A stretch of 64,000 nucleotides of DNA, taken from contig QNYK01000010.1 of the NCBI GenBank assembly GCA_003973385.1, positions 4,519 to 68,518 on the forward strand. The letters are read 5' to 3'. The translations under genes and the position numbers were made by a program. Under the pieces are notes generated by a model. It was given only the letters and a program-made list of their open reading frames with translations. It was not told where the DNA came from and made no database searches. This DNA comes from Bacillota bacterium. Lineage in GTDB: Bacteria > Planctomycetota > UBA8108 > UBA1146. Each line of letters begins with the position of its first letter. The stretch's first letter is position 1. Shown here piece by piece: positions 33,951-43,438 of this stretch.

Positions 33951-33952
33951 CT

Positions 33953-34714
33953 CTACTCCAGGTAACGCACTTCCATCTCACCGTCCTCGATGAAGAGGTG
34001 AGCACCTCGGTCCTCAAACGCTTCCAGAACCGTGAAGGTACCGGCTCCCTCCGACTGATCCAGTTTCTCCTCGAAGGGTCGATGGTAGTGACCGCAGACG
34101 ACTCTATCGAAACCATCCTTCAGCAGGTCTCCGACAACTCTCCGGTCCGGCTCCATCAGAATCTGTGCCTTTCCCTCCAGAGATCGTCTTGAACTACGCC
34201 GTAGAATACGGGCCAACCCCTTGCACATGAACATCGGCAGGTGTCTGACCACGAACCGGAACAAGTTACTTCGGAGAACCGTGCGCAAGCGCTGGTAGCC
34301 GCGGTCTGCAGTTCCAAATAGATCGCCGTGAGAAAGGTGCCACCTCTGGCCGCCTGTCTCCAGCAACAGATGATCTCCACCGACCGCCACGCCTGTAGCC
34401 CGTTCGAAACTTGAATCGAGAAGAAAATCGCGATTGCCAGGAATCACCACCACATCGATTTCTGATTCGCAGGCGTGACGTAGCGCGTCGAGTTCACGAC
34501 GAGTCTGGGACAGGGAGATCTGGCCAGGGCCGAGCCAGACATCGAACAGATCGCCGAGCAGATAGCAGTCGGCGCCATTCTCCTGGCAACTGCGAAGCAA
34601 CTCCTCCAGCATCGCAAGCCGGCGAGCAGATCCATCGCAGTGCAGGTCGGCGGCTATGATGCACCGTTGCGATGTCGATACGCTCCCCACATCAGCAGTG
34701 CCTGGCTGGCTCAT
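33953..34714 (-). CDS. lpxH: Calcineurin-like metallophosphoesterase, LpxH type
   Basis: ADLH, GDLFDVW, GNRDFL (Arg signature of LpxH), HGDLF, GYQRLR, CGHYH. Confidence 0.8.
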   Translation of the reverse strand: MSQPGTADVGSVSTSQRCIIAADLHCDGSARRLAMLEELLRSCQENGADCYLLGDLFDVWLGPGQISLSQTRRELDALRHACESEIDVVVIPGNRDFLLDSSFERATGVAVGGDHLLLETGGQRWHLSHGDLFGTADRGYQRLRTVLRSNLFRFVVRHLPMFMCKGLARILRRSSRRSLEGKAQILMEPDRRVVGDLLKDGFDRVVCGHYHRPFEEKLDQSEGAGTFTVLEAFEDRGAHLFIEDGEMEVRYLE

Positions 34715-37488
34715 GCTTCCGGAATCGTCCAGTCGTCCGGATCGAAATGGGTTTCGGAGGACTTCTTCTCGCGCGGGGGAACAGATTTTTCAGATCGCTC
34801 CCTCTCTGCGGGCCGCTCCTTGACTGCCGGTGGGCGAGGTCTGGACTCTTCCTTCTGCGGTGGCGGGGAAGGTCTCGACTCTTCCTTCTGCGGTGGCGGG
34901 GAAGGTCTCGACTCTTCCTTCTGCCGTGGCGGGCGAGGTCTGGATTCTTCCTGCTGCCGTGGCGGGCGAGGTCTGGACTCTTCCTTCTGCCGTGGCGGTC
35001 GAGGTCTGGACTCTTCCTTTTGCCGTGGCGGGGACTCTGGAGGTTGCGGTCGCGGCGCCTTGCTCTTGACCGGCGGCGTCGGCTGATGCGGTGCTGGCGC
35101 CTGTGATCTGCGCCGCTCCGGTGACTCAGATCTGCGAGCTTCCTGCCGTCGCGGACGGCGTGGAGACGGAGCCGGCCCATCTTTTTTCGGGGATTTTCGA
35201 AGCGGAGGTGACAACTCCTGAGAAGGCTCACGACTGGGTGCCGAGACCTCGGGCAACGACATGTCCTCGAGGTCGATCTCGAGACGATCCGCATCCTGAT
35301 CGGTCTCTATCAACAGATCAAAACATTTGCGAGCAGCCGGGTCGAGGTCAGGATGCGTAACGATCACCTGCGAAAGTTCCCGGCTCAATCGAGGTAGCGC
35401 TTGCAGGGTGCGCAACACCCTCCCCCGATCCATGGCAGGGAATGGTTCGTCGAGGAACAGGAACTGAGGAGCTCCCGTGACGGCCCTGACAAAGGCCTGA
35501 GCGAAGGCGAGGCGAAAACCGAAGGACAATCCCTGCAAGGTTCCACCCGACAACTCATGCGTCTGAAGAAAATCACTCTTCTCTCCCGTGAAGAGGCGAA
35601 TCTCGAAGTCCGGGGTCACCTGCGCATCCCGATAGCGACCACCGGTCAGATGCGGAAGCAGGCGACAGAGCCCTTTTCCGAGACTGGGGCCGGCACGCAT
35701 TCGCACCGACTCGATGGTTTCATCGAGCAGTTCCAGTAGTAGTCGGTGAATATCCATCTCGTCGCGGATCGCCAGGGACTTCTTTCGCCGACCATCGGAA
35801 ACTTCCTCGAGAGCTCTGCGACGGCCCTCCTGATTCTGGTACTCACGAATCTCGGACTGGATACGTTCCCGCTTGGAGCGAAGTCGCTTGACCGAATCCT
35901 TGGCCTCATCGAGCGATTTTCGGCGTTCTTTCATCGTCTGGCGAACACGGTCGAGCGGGCTCTTCAACTTCTGGGCCAGGAAGTCACCGGGCTTGTCGCC
36001 CAGTTTCGTGTGAATCTCCCGTCGAGCCTTTCGTAGCGCCTCCAGTTTCTCCTGGACGCCACGAACTCGACATTCTCCGATGTCGTCACCAGGATCGAGT
36101 CCCCCCGAGGAGCGAGACAGGTGGGCGATCGTCGCTTCCAGAGAACTGGTCCCGACATCCTTCTCCATCTGCAGTCTCGACAGGATTCCCTCGGCATCGA
36201 AGATCTGCTGTCGACAGTGCGAGGCGCGTGACGAAAGCCAGCAGCCGAGCCCGAATAACAACGCTCCAGAGGCTGCAACCAGGTATCCGACTCCCGGTAC
36301 CGGAGAAATCCGCACCAGCAGCGGAATTTGCTCTCCGATTCCCCAGCCCTGTTCGTGATCGATTCCCAGCACGATGCCCGCCAGCCCGACCAGGAAGATC
36401 ACCAGTGCGCCGGCTCGGTTTCTCACCCTGGACGCGCTGATGGTATGGATGATCAGTTCCTGTTCACTCACCTCCGATTGAATCGAGCCCTCGCCGTCGC
36501 TCTCGATGCGTCGCTTCAACTGTTCCTTCGCCTCCCGCGCACTCTCTTCGAGAGAGAGGCGGATCTTGCACGCCTGGGAGACCTGATCGAGACCGTCTTG
36601 AATAGGCGTGGTGATGGAATCCTGGTCACGCAACGGCTCGGGGCTCAGATCCGCCTGGAGCAATCCAATCAGTCCATTGCATGTACGCATCGCTTCGGCA
36701 GCGTCGCTGGAATCGATCGACCGAAGTTCATGCTGAATCTTCTGCACCTCGTCACGCTTCTTCTGCTCAAGTTCCACCTGACGCTGCATCTGGCGATCGC
36801 GCGACCGCGCCTCATCGACCTTGTTGTCCCGATTCTTCAGTTCTTCCTCGAGGTCCGGAATCTTATCGATATTGGGCTGAAGCCGAGCGATGTGCAGGTC
36901 GTTGCGCTGGATCTCTTCCTGTACCCCGGTGAAATCGATCTCCAGGGCATCGAGTGCCTTATTCGCGGTTCGTCTCGCCCCTTGCAACACATCGATTCCG
37001 GCCACCCTGTCCAGGAATGTGCGGAACTGTTCCGGGGTCGTCACCGACTCCCGCTCGGCGAGATAGAAGGAGTGCATCGTTTCGCTTGCGCCGAGGTGGA
37101 AGCGCCTCTGAACCTCACGTTGCACCTGCAATGCCCCGGATGCGATCTCCTCCCCGGGTGGTGCGCCTGACTTCTCGATTCGAACCATCCGTGCGAAGGA
37201 GGTGCCGAACCGGTCCATCTCGCGCCAGATTCGATATCCCTCACCGGCGTGTTCAAAATCGAGTTCCACGACGCAGTGGTCATCATCCCAGTGGATCAGA
37301 TCGGTGATGGAACCACGCACCATGTGCTGGGTGGATCCAAACAGGGCGAACTGGAACAGCTGGCCGATACTCGACTTGCCACTCTCATTGGGCCCGACGA
37401 TGCCGATCAGGGCCCGGCGCGGAAAGTTCTCGATGCGGAGTTTCCTGAACTTCAGAAATCCCTCGGCTCGGAGGCTACGGATCAGCAA
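34711..37488 (-). CDS. SMC/Rad50(SbcC)-like ATPase with two central TM helices (YhaN-like) and Pro-rich repeat tail
   Basis: Walker A GPNESGKSS, coiled coils, two hydrophobic helices near the middle, signature LSGGT, Walker B FLFLDEPF, H-loop IVTH. Confidence 0.88.
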   Translation of the reverse strand: MLIRSLRAEGFLKFRKLRIENFPRRALIGIVGPNESGKSSIGQLFQFALFGSTQHMVRGSITDLIHWDDDHCVVELDFEHAGEGYRIWREMDRFGTSFARMVRIEKSGAPPGEEIASGALQVQREVQRRFHLGASETMHSFYLAERESVTTPEQFRTFLDRVAGIDVLQGARRTANKALDALEIDFTGVQEEIQRNDLHIARLQPNIDKIPDLEEELKNRDNKVDEARSRDRQMQRQVELEQKKRDEVQKIQHELRSIDSSDAAEAMRTCNGLIGLLQADLSPEPLRDQDSITTPIQDGLDQVSQACKIRLSLEESAREAKEQLKRRIESDGEGSIQSEVSEQELIIHTISASRVRNRAGALVIFLVGLAGIVLGIDHEQGWGIGEQIPLLVRISPVPGVGYLVAASGALLFGLGCWLSSRASHCRQQIFDAEGILSRLQMEKDVGTSSLEATIAHLSRSSGGLDPGDDIGECRVRGVQEKLEALRKARREIHTKLGDKPGDFLAQKLKSPLDRVRQTMKERRKSLDEAKDSVKRLRSKRERIQSEIREYQNQEGRRRALEEVSDGRRKKSLAIRDEMDIHRLLLELLDETIESVRMRAGPSLGKGLCRLLPHLTGGRYRDAQVTPDFEIRLFTGEKSDFLQTHELSGGTLQGLSFGFRLAFAQAFVRAVTGAPQFLFLDEPFPAMDRGRVLRTLQALPRLSRELSQVIVTHPDLDPAARKCFDLLIETDQDADRLEIDLEDMSLPEVSAPSREPSQELSPPLRKSPKKDGPAPSPRRPRRQEARRSESPERRRSQAPAPHQPTPPVKSKAPRPQPPESPPRQKEESRPRPPRQKEESRPRPPRQQEESRPRPPRQKEESRPSPPPQKEESRPSPPPQKEESRPRPPAVKERPAERERSEKSVPPREKKSSETHFDPDDWTIPEA
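34829..35032. repeat. 33-bp coding tandem repeat, six copies
   Basis: Encodes PP(R/P)Q(K/Q)EESRP(R/S) six times; no unique spacers. Confidence 0.92.
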
Positions 37489-37742
37489 GGGTCCCCCCCT
37501 TGCGGGCTGCCCTGTTCGAACTTTTCATCGGAGATGAACTGCTCGCCGAGACGACGAGCCATCTCATACTTGCGCAGACTCTCTGCATCCACCTTGCCCT
37601 CGAAGGCGCGTTTCTTCATCTCGAAGAGGCGACGGAACTCCTCCAGGGGCGGCCGGATGGCTAAACCATCGAGGAGCCAACCGTCCTCATCGGACTCTGG
37701 CGAGGGAGCACTGTTGTCTCCGCCTTGGCGGTCTCTGTTCAT
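37482..37742 (-). CDS. Small helical hypothetical protein coupled to the SMC-like gene
   Basis: 86-aa ORF whose stop overlaps the SMC-like start; helical core PLEEFRRLFEMKKRAF...LRKYEMARRLGEQFI. Confidence 0.65.
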   Translation of the reverse strand: MNRDRQGGDNSAPSPESDEDGWLLDGLAIRPPLEEFRRLFEMKKRAFEGKVDAESLRKYEMARRLGEQFISDEKFEQGSPQGGDPC

Positions 37743-37827
37743 GTTGACTCGATCCAGCCCGGGTCATCGATCCAGCGGCAACCGGGCCTCATGATTGTGA
37801 AGCCCACGGGATCGCTTTCAAGTTGCT

Positions 37828-38316
37828 TCAAGAAACGATCGCGGCGCGAAAGGCACGATGGACCGGGTCATCTGAGCCGATGCCTATCGCCTGGATCTGG
37901 CCCAACCGCACTCCATCTGCTTCATGGGCCAGATCGATTCGCAGGCACCGATCCGGCAGGATCGCCTCGACACGATCAGCCCATTCGACCGCGATCACCC
38001 CCTCCTGGTGCCACTCGTGCCAGCCGTGCAGTTCCAGTTCGGTCGGATCGTCGAGACGATAGGCATCGACATGGATCAATGGCAGTACTCCAGGATGCAG
38101 GGACGCGACGGTGAATGTGGGACTGCGTACCCTGCCCTCGACACCCATTCCTCGGGCCAGTCCACGGACCAGTGCGGTTTTTCCAGCGCCCAGTTCACCG
38201 CACAGACCGATCACAAGACCCGCCATCGCGGCGGCCCCGATGCGCTCCCCCAGGGCTTCCGTTTCGTCCACGGAGGCCAGTTTCAGGGCAGCAGAGGTCG
38301 GTTTCGATCCTGACAC
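37828..38316 (-). CDS. tsaE: t6A biosynthesis ATPase TsaE
   Basis: GELGAGKT, VRSPTFT, HVDAYRL, AVEWAD. Confidence 0.92.
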   Translation of the reverse strand: MSGSKPTSAALKLASVDETEALGERIGAAAMAGLVIGLCGELGAGKTALVRGLARGMGVEGRVRSPTFTVASLHPGVLPLIHVDAYRLDDPTELELHGWHEWHQEGVIAVEWADRVEAILPDRCLRIDLAHEADGVRLGQIQAIGIGSDDPVHRAFRAAIVS

Positions 38317-38476
38317 TTCGGTACACCTTTCCGAACAGGCGAGCCTATCGGGCACCTTGAAGGGGTACAACCCTGCTGGCGATGGGACCATCTAGACGCA
38401 AAGATGGAGTACACGGTGCCGGTCTGACCACTCCCCGCCAGATCCAGGGCACCTTCTGAAAGTTCAGGTATCAAAA

Positions 38477-40561
38477 TTGAGACGCCCACTGCCGATCCTG
38501 GTCACACTTCTGCTGCTGTCGCTGACGCTCTTCGGCGCAGATCCCAAGGAATTTGAACTGCCCGGCCCTCCAGCCGCGGGGCCAGGTCGCATTCCCCATC
38601 ACCACGGCGCCATCGAATCTCTCTCCGGCATCTCCGAACTCTCCAGAGAGAACCGTTCATCGGCAGCCATGTTGTTGCGGAAGTGGCTCGAAACACGCGA
38701 TGGGCTGCTGGTGCTGCCCCCCGCGGGAGTATCGGTGGGCAGCCGCGGAACCGTCCGCATCGAGCCCGCTCATCGACAGTTGGCGCGCTTCGCCAGGTCG
38801 CTCCCCGATGGGTTCCTCGACCTCGCCCTGGAACGGTTGGCCCCGATCCCCATCGATGGAGTCCACCCATGGGTATGGCATCCGGAACAACTTCCGCAGG
38901 CCAACCACGCCTTGCACGAGGCACTCGAGCGCGCCGATCGAGCAGCGGCCTGGGCACTGCTGGAGCGACCGGGGATCGCGGTCGGGATCGATCCCGAATT
39001 ACTCCGATGGCTCGATGGCCAGGAATTGCCTCGTGGGCCGTGGCACCGGAGCGATGGCCCCCTCACCGAGGAGCCAGAACAAACAGCGGGAGGCTCGGTC
39101 GAGGGAGCGTTGACGATCCCGATGCCCAGGACCGGACCCGAACGAAAGAGAAGAATCAATTCCAGGGTCCAGCTGACCCGGCGCCATCCGCTGTCTGATC
39201 TGTTTCCGCTGATCGGCGATCGGATGGCGTTGCTCGGTAACGGCGACAGGGTCATCGCCATCGACATCGATGATCCGACGCTGGAAGCGTGGCAATGGTC
39301 GATCCATCGACCCGAGATCGATCACGCCAGCAAGGCCCCCGAGAGGCCATTGCCTCTGATCAGTGTTCCCGAGATCCCCGTCAGTAGCGGTGACCGGTGC
39401 GTATTCTTGCTCCGAACACCGCGCAAATACCACCGCCCATCGACCAATCTCATCATGGAAAGCGGACCCTGGAAGGACAAGGGATGGCTGGAAGCGGTGG
39501 TTCTCGAGATCCCCGATCCGACCAGACCGCCGGTTTCCTCCTGGGTTGCGCCCATCGCAACCGAGGGCTTCACCGCCTGCCCGACTCCGTTGATCGAAGG
39601 CGACCGGATGTGGCTGCTGGCCACTCGCGGTTGGGCCCAGCTGGAGACATGGGTGTTCGCGTTTGACCTGGCCGCTGGCAAGGAGTTGTGGCGTCGCCAG
39701 GTCGAGGTGCGGGATCTGGAAGCCCACGCACTCAATGACCTGCGCGACAAGATACTGCACGCGTCGCTGGTGCGAGATGGGGACGATCTGCTCGTGTGTC
39801 GCTCCGGCGGTGCCATCGATAGCCTGTCAGCGATCACCGGGGAGCATCAGGCAGCTCTGTACCTACCACGATGGCGGTTCGAGGAATTACCGAGTCTCAG
39901 CGACATCCGCTGGGGTCACTACCGGTTCCTCGCTTATCCAGGACTGAGACCACGATCGATGGCACCGATCCAGCGGCCCGCCGATGCCGAAACCCCGTGG
40001 CTGTTACTTCCTCCCGATGGCCGCCTGCTGATCGCACTCGACAAGGAGTCGTGGCAGATCCGCTGGAGTTATCCGACCAGCCGCCAGATGTCGCTGCTGG
40101 GCATCGTCGATGGTGTCGCCTGGCTGGTAGATCTGGCGACACCTCCGGGAACCCGGAATGTTCAGCTGGTGGGTCTGGATCCGCGCAGCGGCAGCATCGT
40201 GGCGGGACCCTGGACCATTCCACTGGAGACGGAGGATGATTCCGAGGGGAGCGCTGAATACCAGCGACACGCACCGTTGCTCAGAGGGCAACCGAGGATT
40301 TTTCCCGGACGCATCTGGTTCCCTGCAGCAAGGGGAATCGAGGTCGTATCGCTGGAGGACGGCAGCCGGATCGGCCTGCTTCCCTGGCCTGAAGGATCCA
40401 GAGGTGGCACTCCGCTACCGCTTCCAGGGGGCGAACTGTTGCTGGCTCGACGCGCAGATAGCGCACTTCCCTCCAGCAGCGTGATCGAGGTGATCCGGCC
40501 CACCGCAACAGATGAGATCAAGAAACCTGAACCGCAACAACCTGAACCGCAAAAAGATTAG
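38477..40561 (+). CDS. Secreted protein with PQQ-like beta-propeller repeats
   Basis: Signal peptide; repeats of the type AFDLAAGKELWR, ALDKESWQIRWS, GLDPRSGSIV. Confidence 0.7.
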   Translation: MRRPLPILVTLLLLSLTLFGADPKEFELPGPPAAGPGRIPHHHGAIESLSGISELSRENRSSAAMLLRKWLETRDGLLVLPPAGVSVGSRGTVRIEPAHRQLARFARSLPDGFLDLALERLAPIPIDGVHPWVWHPEQLPQANHALHEALERADRAAAWALLERPGIAVGIDPELLRWLDGQELPRGPWHRSDGPLTEEPEQTAGGSVEGALTIPMPRTGPERKRRINSRVQLTRRHPLSDLFPLIGDRMALLGNGDRVIAIDIDDPTLEAWQWSIHRPEIDHASKAPERPLPLISVPEIPVSSGDRCVFLLRTPRKYHRPSTNLIMESGPWKDKGWLEAVVLEIPDPTRPPVSSWVAPIATEGFTACPTPLIEGDRMWLLATRGWAQLETWVFAFDLAAGKELWRRQVEVRDLEAHALNDLRDKILHASLVRDGDDLLVCRSGGAIDSLSAITGEHQAALYLPRWRFEELPSLSDIRWGHYRFLAYPGLRPRSMAPIQRPADAETPWLLLPPDGRLLIALDKESWQIRWSYPTSRQMSLLGIVDGVAWLVDLATPPGTRNVQLVGLDPRSGSIVAGPWTIPLETEDDSEGSAEYQRHAPLLRGQPRIFPGRIWFPAARGIEVVSLEDGSRIGLLPWPEGSRGGTPLPLPGGELLLARRADSALPSSSVIEVIRPTATDEIKKPEPQQPEPQKD

Positions 40562-40980
40562 GCCGCGTCTTCTGGCTCAGAGCTGATGGTTGAACTCCGA
40601 AATTCGATCTCCACACGAGGTGCCCTCGCCCATAGATTTTCCAGATCATAGTACTCGCGTGCCTCTTGCTCGAAGAGATGCAACACGATCTCACCGTGAT
40701 CGAGACAGAACCAGCGCGCATCATCGCGACCGTGAAAGCCGAGTCTGGGCAGATGCATCGGTTTCAGGAATCGCTCGGCAGAGTCCCCCATCATACGAAC
40801 CTGCCGAGAAGATCGGCCCGACGCGAGGATGAAAAATGAGGAGATATGAATCATCTCCCTGACTCGAAGAACCACGATTCTGTCCGCCTTCAGTTCGTCG
40901 AGATGGCGCGCAACATCTATGGCGAGTTGTTCCAGTTCTTCAATGCCCCGATTCGGGACCTGATCAGCAAAATAGTCCAT
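40558..40980 (-). CDS. rsfS: Ribosome silencing factor
   Basis: KADRIVVL, FFILASGRSSRQV, WFCLDHGEIVLHLF, REYYDLENLW. Confidence 0.92.
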   Translation of the reverse strand: MDYFADQVPNRGIEELEQLAIDVARHLDELKADRIVVLRVREMIHISSFFILASGRSSRQVRMMGDSAERFLKPMHLPRLGFHGRDDARWFCLDHGEIVLHLFEQEAREYYDLENLWARAPRVEIEFRSSTISSEPEDAA

Positions 40981-41045
40981 TCCGTACCTTTCGATCCGAT
41001 CGAGGGTAGCAGTCTTCTGGCGGGCTACAAGACAAGATGAAGAGA

Positions 41046-41074
41046 GGCCGCCCACCGGAAACCGGCGGGCGGCC
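41046..41074 (-). terminator. GC-rich hairpin downstream of hppA
   Basis: GGCCGCCCACCGG-AAA-CCGGCGGGCGGCC inverted repeat, followed on the minus strand by TCTCTTCATCTT (weak U-tract). Confidence 0.55.
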
Positions 41075-41103
41075 CCTCGAGGATGGATCGTTGTCAGCGC
41101 TGC

Positions 41104-43239
41104 CTAATCAGCCATCTTTTCAGCCACCTTCAGGAACAGAGGCACGAATACAAGACTGACGATGGTCATCAACTTGATCAGGATGTTCAGTGAAGGACCG
41201 CTGGTGTCCTTGAATGGATCGCCAACGGTATCACCGACAACAGAAGCCTTGTGAGCATCTGATCCCTTGCCTCCATGCTGTCCCGTTTCGATGTATTTCT
41301 TTGCGTTGTCCCAGGCACCACCGGCATTTGCCATGAAGATGGCGAACAGCACACCGGTGACGAGAGCTCCCGCCAGAAGACCACCGAGTACCTGCATCGA
41401 CCAGCAGCCGACCGCAACAGGAACCACGATGGCGAGGAAGCCGGGCAACACCATTTCCCGCAGCGATCCCTTGGTCGAGATCTCGACGCAGGCGGCATAG
41501 TCAGGTTTTCCGGTGCCCTCGAGGATTCCCGGAATTTCACGGAACTGACGACGCACCTCTTCGATCATCGAGCCCGCCGCCTTTCCTACCGCCTTCATCG
41601 TCAATGCGGAGAAGAGGAAGGTCATGGCAGCCCCGAGGAACAGTCCGATGGTCACGTTGACATCGAGGATGTCGAGATTCTCGAAAATCGAAGCATCGAG
41701 TCCGAGGTCTTGGAGCCCTGCCTTCACCTCGTTGGAATAGGTGTTGAACAGTGCCAGTGCAGTGAGCGCTGCAGAACCGATGGCGAATCCCTTGCCGATC
41801 GCTGCAGTGGTATTTCCGACCGCATCGAGTGCATCGGTACGTTGACGAACTTCTGGATCGCAGCCCGCCATCTCGGCGATCCCGCCGGCATTGTCGGCGA
41901 CCGGTCCGTAGGCGTCGATGCCAAGCGAGATGCCCAGCGTCGAGAGCATGCCGACGGCACTGAGTGCGATTCCATAGAGACCACCAAAGTGATGTGCGAA
42001 GTAGATCGCAACACAGATCCACAACACCGGCCACACCGTCGACTGCATGCCGATGGCAAGACCACTGATGATGTTGGTTGCTGTTCCCTGCTCCGAATCT
42101 GCGGCAATCTTGCGCGCATGAGGCCCCTGCTCGGAGGTGTAATGCTCGGTGATCTTTCCGATGATGATTCCCAGAACGAGTCCTCCGACAAGGGTGCCGT
42201 AGACACCCCACTTGGTCGCTCCATCGGCAAACGGAAGGCTGTCCGCGGGCAACTTGGTGAACACGAAGGCGGCGAGAGCGGCAAAGATCACGCTGGCAGT
42301 CAGAAGACCATTGAAGAGCGCCGAATGAATCTTGCTCTCATCATTGGTCTTGACCACGGAGATTCCGATGATCGAGGAAATGGTTCCGAGCGCGCACAGC
42401 ACGATCGGAAGAGCCACCCACGGCATCACATCCGCGAGCATGTCTGCACCCTCGACCGTCGCGAAAGCCGCGATCCCGAGAGCCATGCATGCGATGATCG
42501 AACCGACATAGGACTCGAACAGGTCGGCACCCATGCCGGCAACATCGCCAACGTTATCACCAACGTTGTCCGCGATGGTCGCAGGGTTGCGCGGGTCATC
42601 CTCGGGGATTCCCGCCTCCACCTTGCCGACCAGGTCGGCGCCCACATCGGCAGCCTTGGTGAAGATGCCTCCGCCCACCCGGGCAAAGAGCGCGATGCTG
42701 GAAGCACCGAAGGAGAATCCGAACAGCGGCTTGATGAAGTTTTCACCGATTGCGGTATTGCCATGCCAGTAGTTGAACAGGATCGAGACTCCCATGAGAC
42801 CCAGGCCCACAACCGTCAATCCCATCACAGCACCCGATCTGAAGGCCACGGTGAGTGCGCCGGTGAGACTTTTCTTGGCAGCCTCGGTGGTCCTGACCGC
42901 ACTCATGGTTGCGGTCCTCATGCCGATCCAGCCCGCGACACCACTGGCGAGGGCACCCACGACGTACGAGATGGCGGTGGCTCCTTCATCTTCGACACCG
43001 AAGTAGAGGGCGATCGCCACGCACCCGGCGAACATTCCCAGCATCTTGTATTCCGTCTTGAGGAATGCCATCGCTCCCTGCTGGACGAATCCAGCCAGTT
43101 CCTGCATCCGCTCCGTTCCTGGAGATTGCTTCTTGATCCAGCCATTGAGGTAAAAGGCGTAGATCAATGAAACAACTGAGATGCCGATGCCGAGCATGGC
43201 ACCCTTCTCGCTGGTCAGGTAACTGACGATCAGATCCAT
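41104..43239 (-). CDS. hppA: Membrane ion-translocating pyrophosphatase, K+-dependent, probably Na+-pumping
   Basis: [68 protein letters not shown]. Confidence 0.96.
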   Translation of the reverse strand: MDLIVSYLTSEKGAMLGIGISVVSLIYAFYLNGWIKKQSPGTERMQELAGFVQQGAMAFLKTEYKMLGMFAGCVAIALYFGVEDEGATAISYVVGALASGVAGWIGMRTATMSAVRTTEAAKKSLTGALTVAFRSGAVMGLTVVGLGLMGVSILFNYWHGNTAIGENFIKPLFGFSFGASSIALFARVGGGIFTKAADVGADLVGKVEAGIPEDDPRNPATIADNVGDNVGDVAGMGADLFESYVGSIIACMALGIAAFATVEGADMLADVMPWVALPIVLCALGTISSIIGISVVKTNDESKIHSALFNGLLTASVIFAALAAFVFTKLPADSLPFADGATKWGVYGTLVGGLVLGIIIGKITEHYTSEQGPHARKIAADSEQGTATNIISGLAIGMQSTVWPVLWICVAIYFAHHFGGLYGIALSAVGMLSTLGISLGIDAYGPVADNAGGIAEMAGCDPEVRQRTDALDAVGNTTAAIGKGFAIGSAALTALALFNTYSNEVKAGLQDLGLDASIFENLDILDVNVTIGLFLGAAMTFLFSALTMKAVGKAAGSMIEEVRRQFREIPGILEGTGKPDYAACVEISTKGSLREMVLPGFLAIVVPVAVGCWSMQVLGGLLAGALVTGVLFAIFMANAGGAWDNAKKYIETGQHGGKGSDAHKASVVGDTVGDPFKDTSGPSLNILIKLMTIVSLVFVPLFLKVAEKMAD

Positions 43240-43269
43240 GTTGGTTTTCCTCCATCACGATGGTCATTG

Positions 43270-43330
43270 CTGATGCCCTGTGCCGGGCACCGACTGAACT
43301 GCGCTTGACCGGTGGCCGCGCCCCTCTTCA
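43270..43330 (-). ncRNA. Candidate cis-regulatory RNA in the hppA leader
   Basis: CACCGG pairs with TCGGTG around TCAAGCGCAGTTCAG, shortly upstream of the GGAGGA SD; resemblance to Na+ riboswitches is from memory only. Confidence 0.35.
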
Positions 43331-43438
43331 GGAATGGGTGCTTCTACCAGAAACCGAGATGCGCAGCAACCAGAACCGAGTCGCCGCGATGGAGACAAAC
43401 CGTTTAGTGATAAGGACTTGTGTGTAAATGCGTTGTTT

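Noticed and set aside
34829..35032. 33-bp repeats as a CRISPR array
   Set aside because: They are head-to-tail, have no unique spacers, are in frame within a CDS, and no cas genes are present.
41275..43170. Long antisense ORFs (631 aa here; also 28084-28845, 61805-63211 and 13716-14744)
   Set aside because: Shadow frames of real high-GC genes on the opposite strand.
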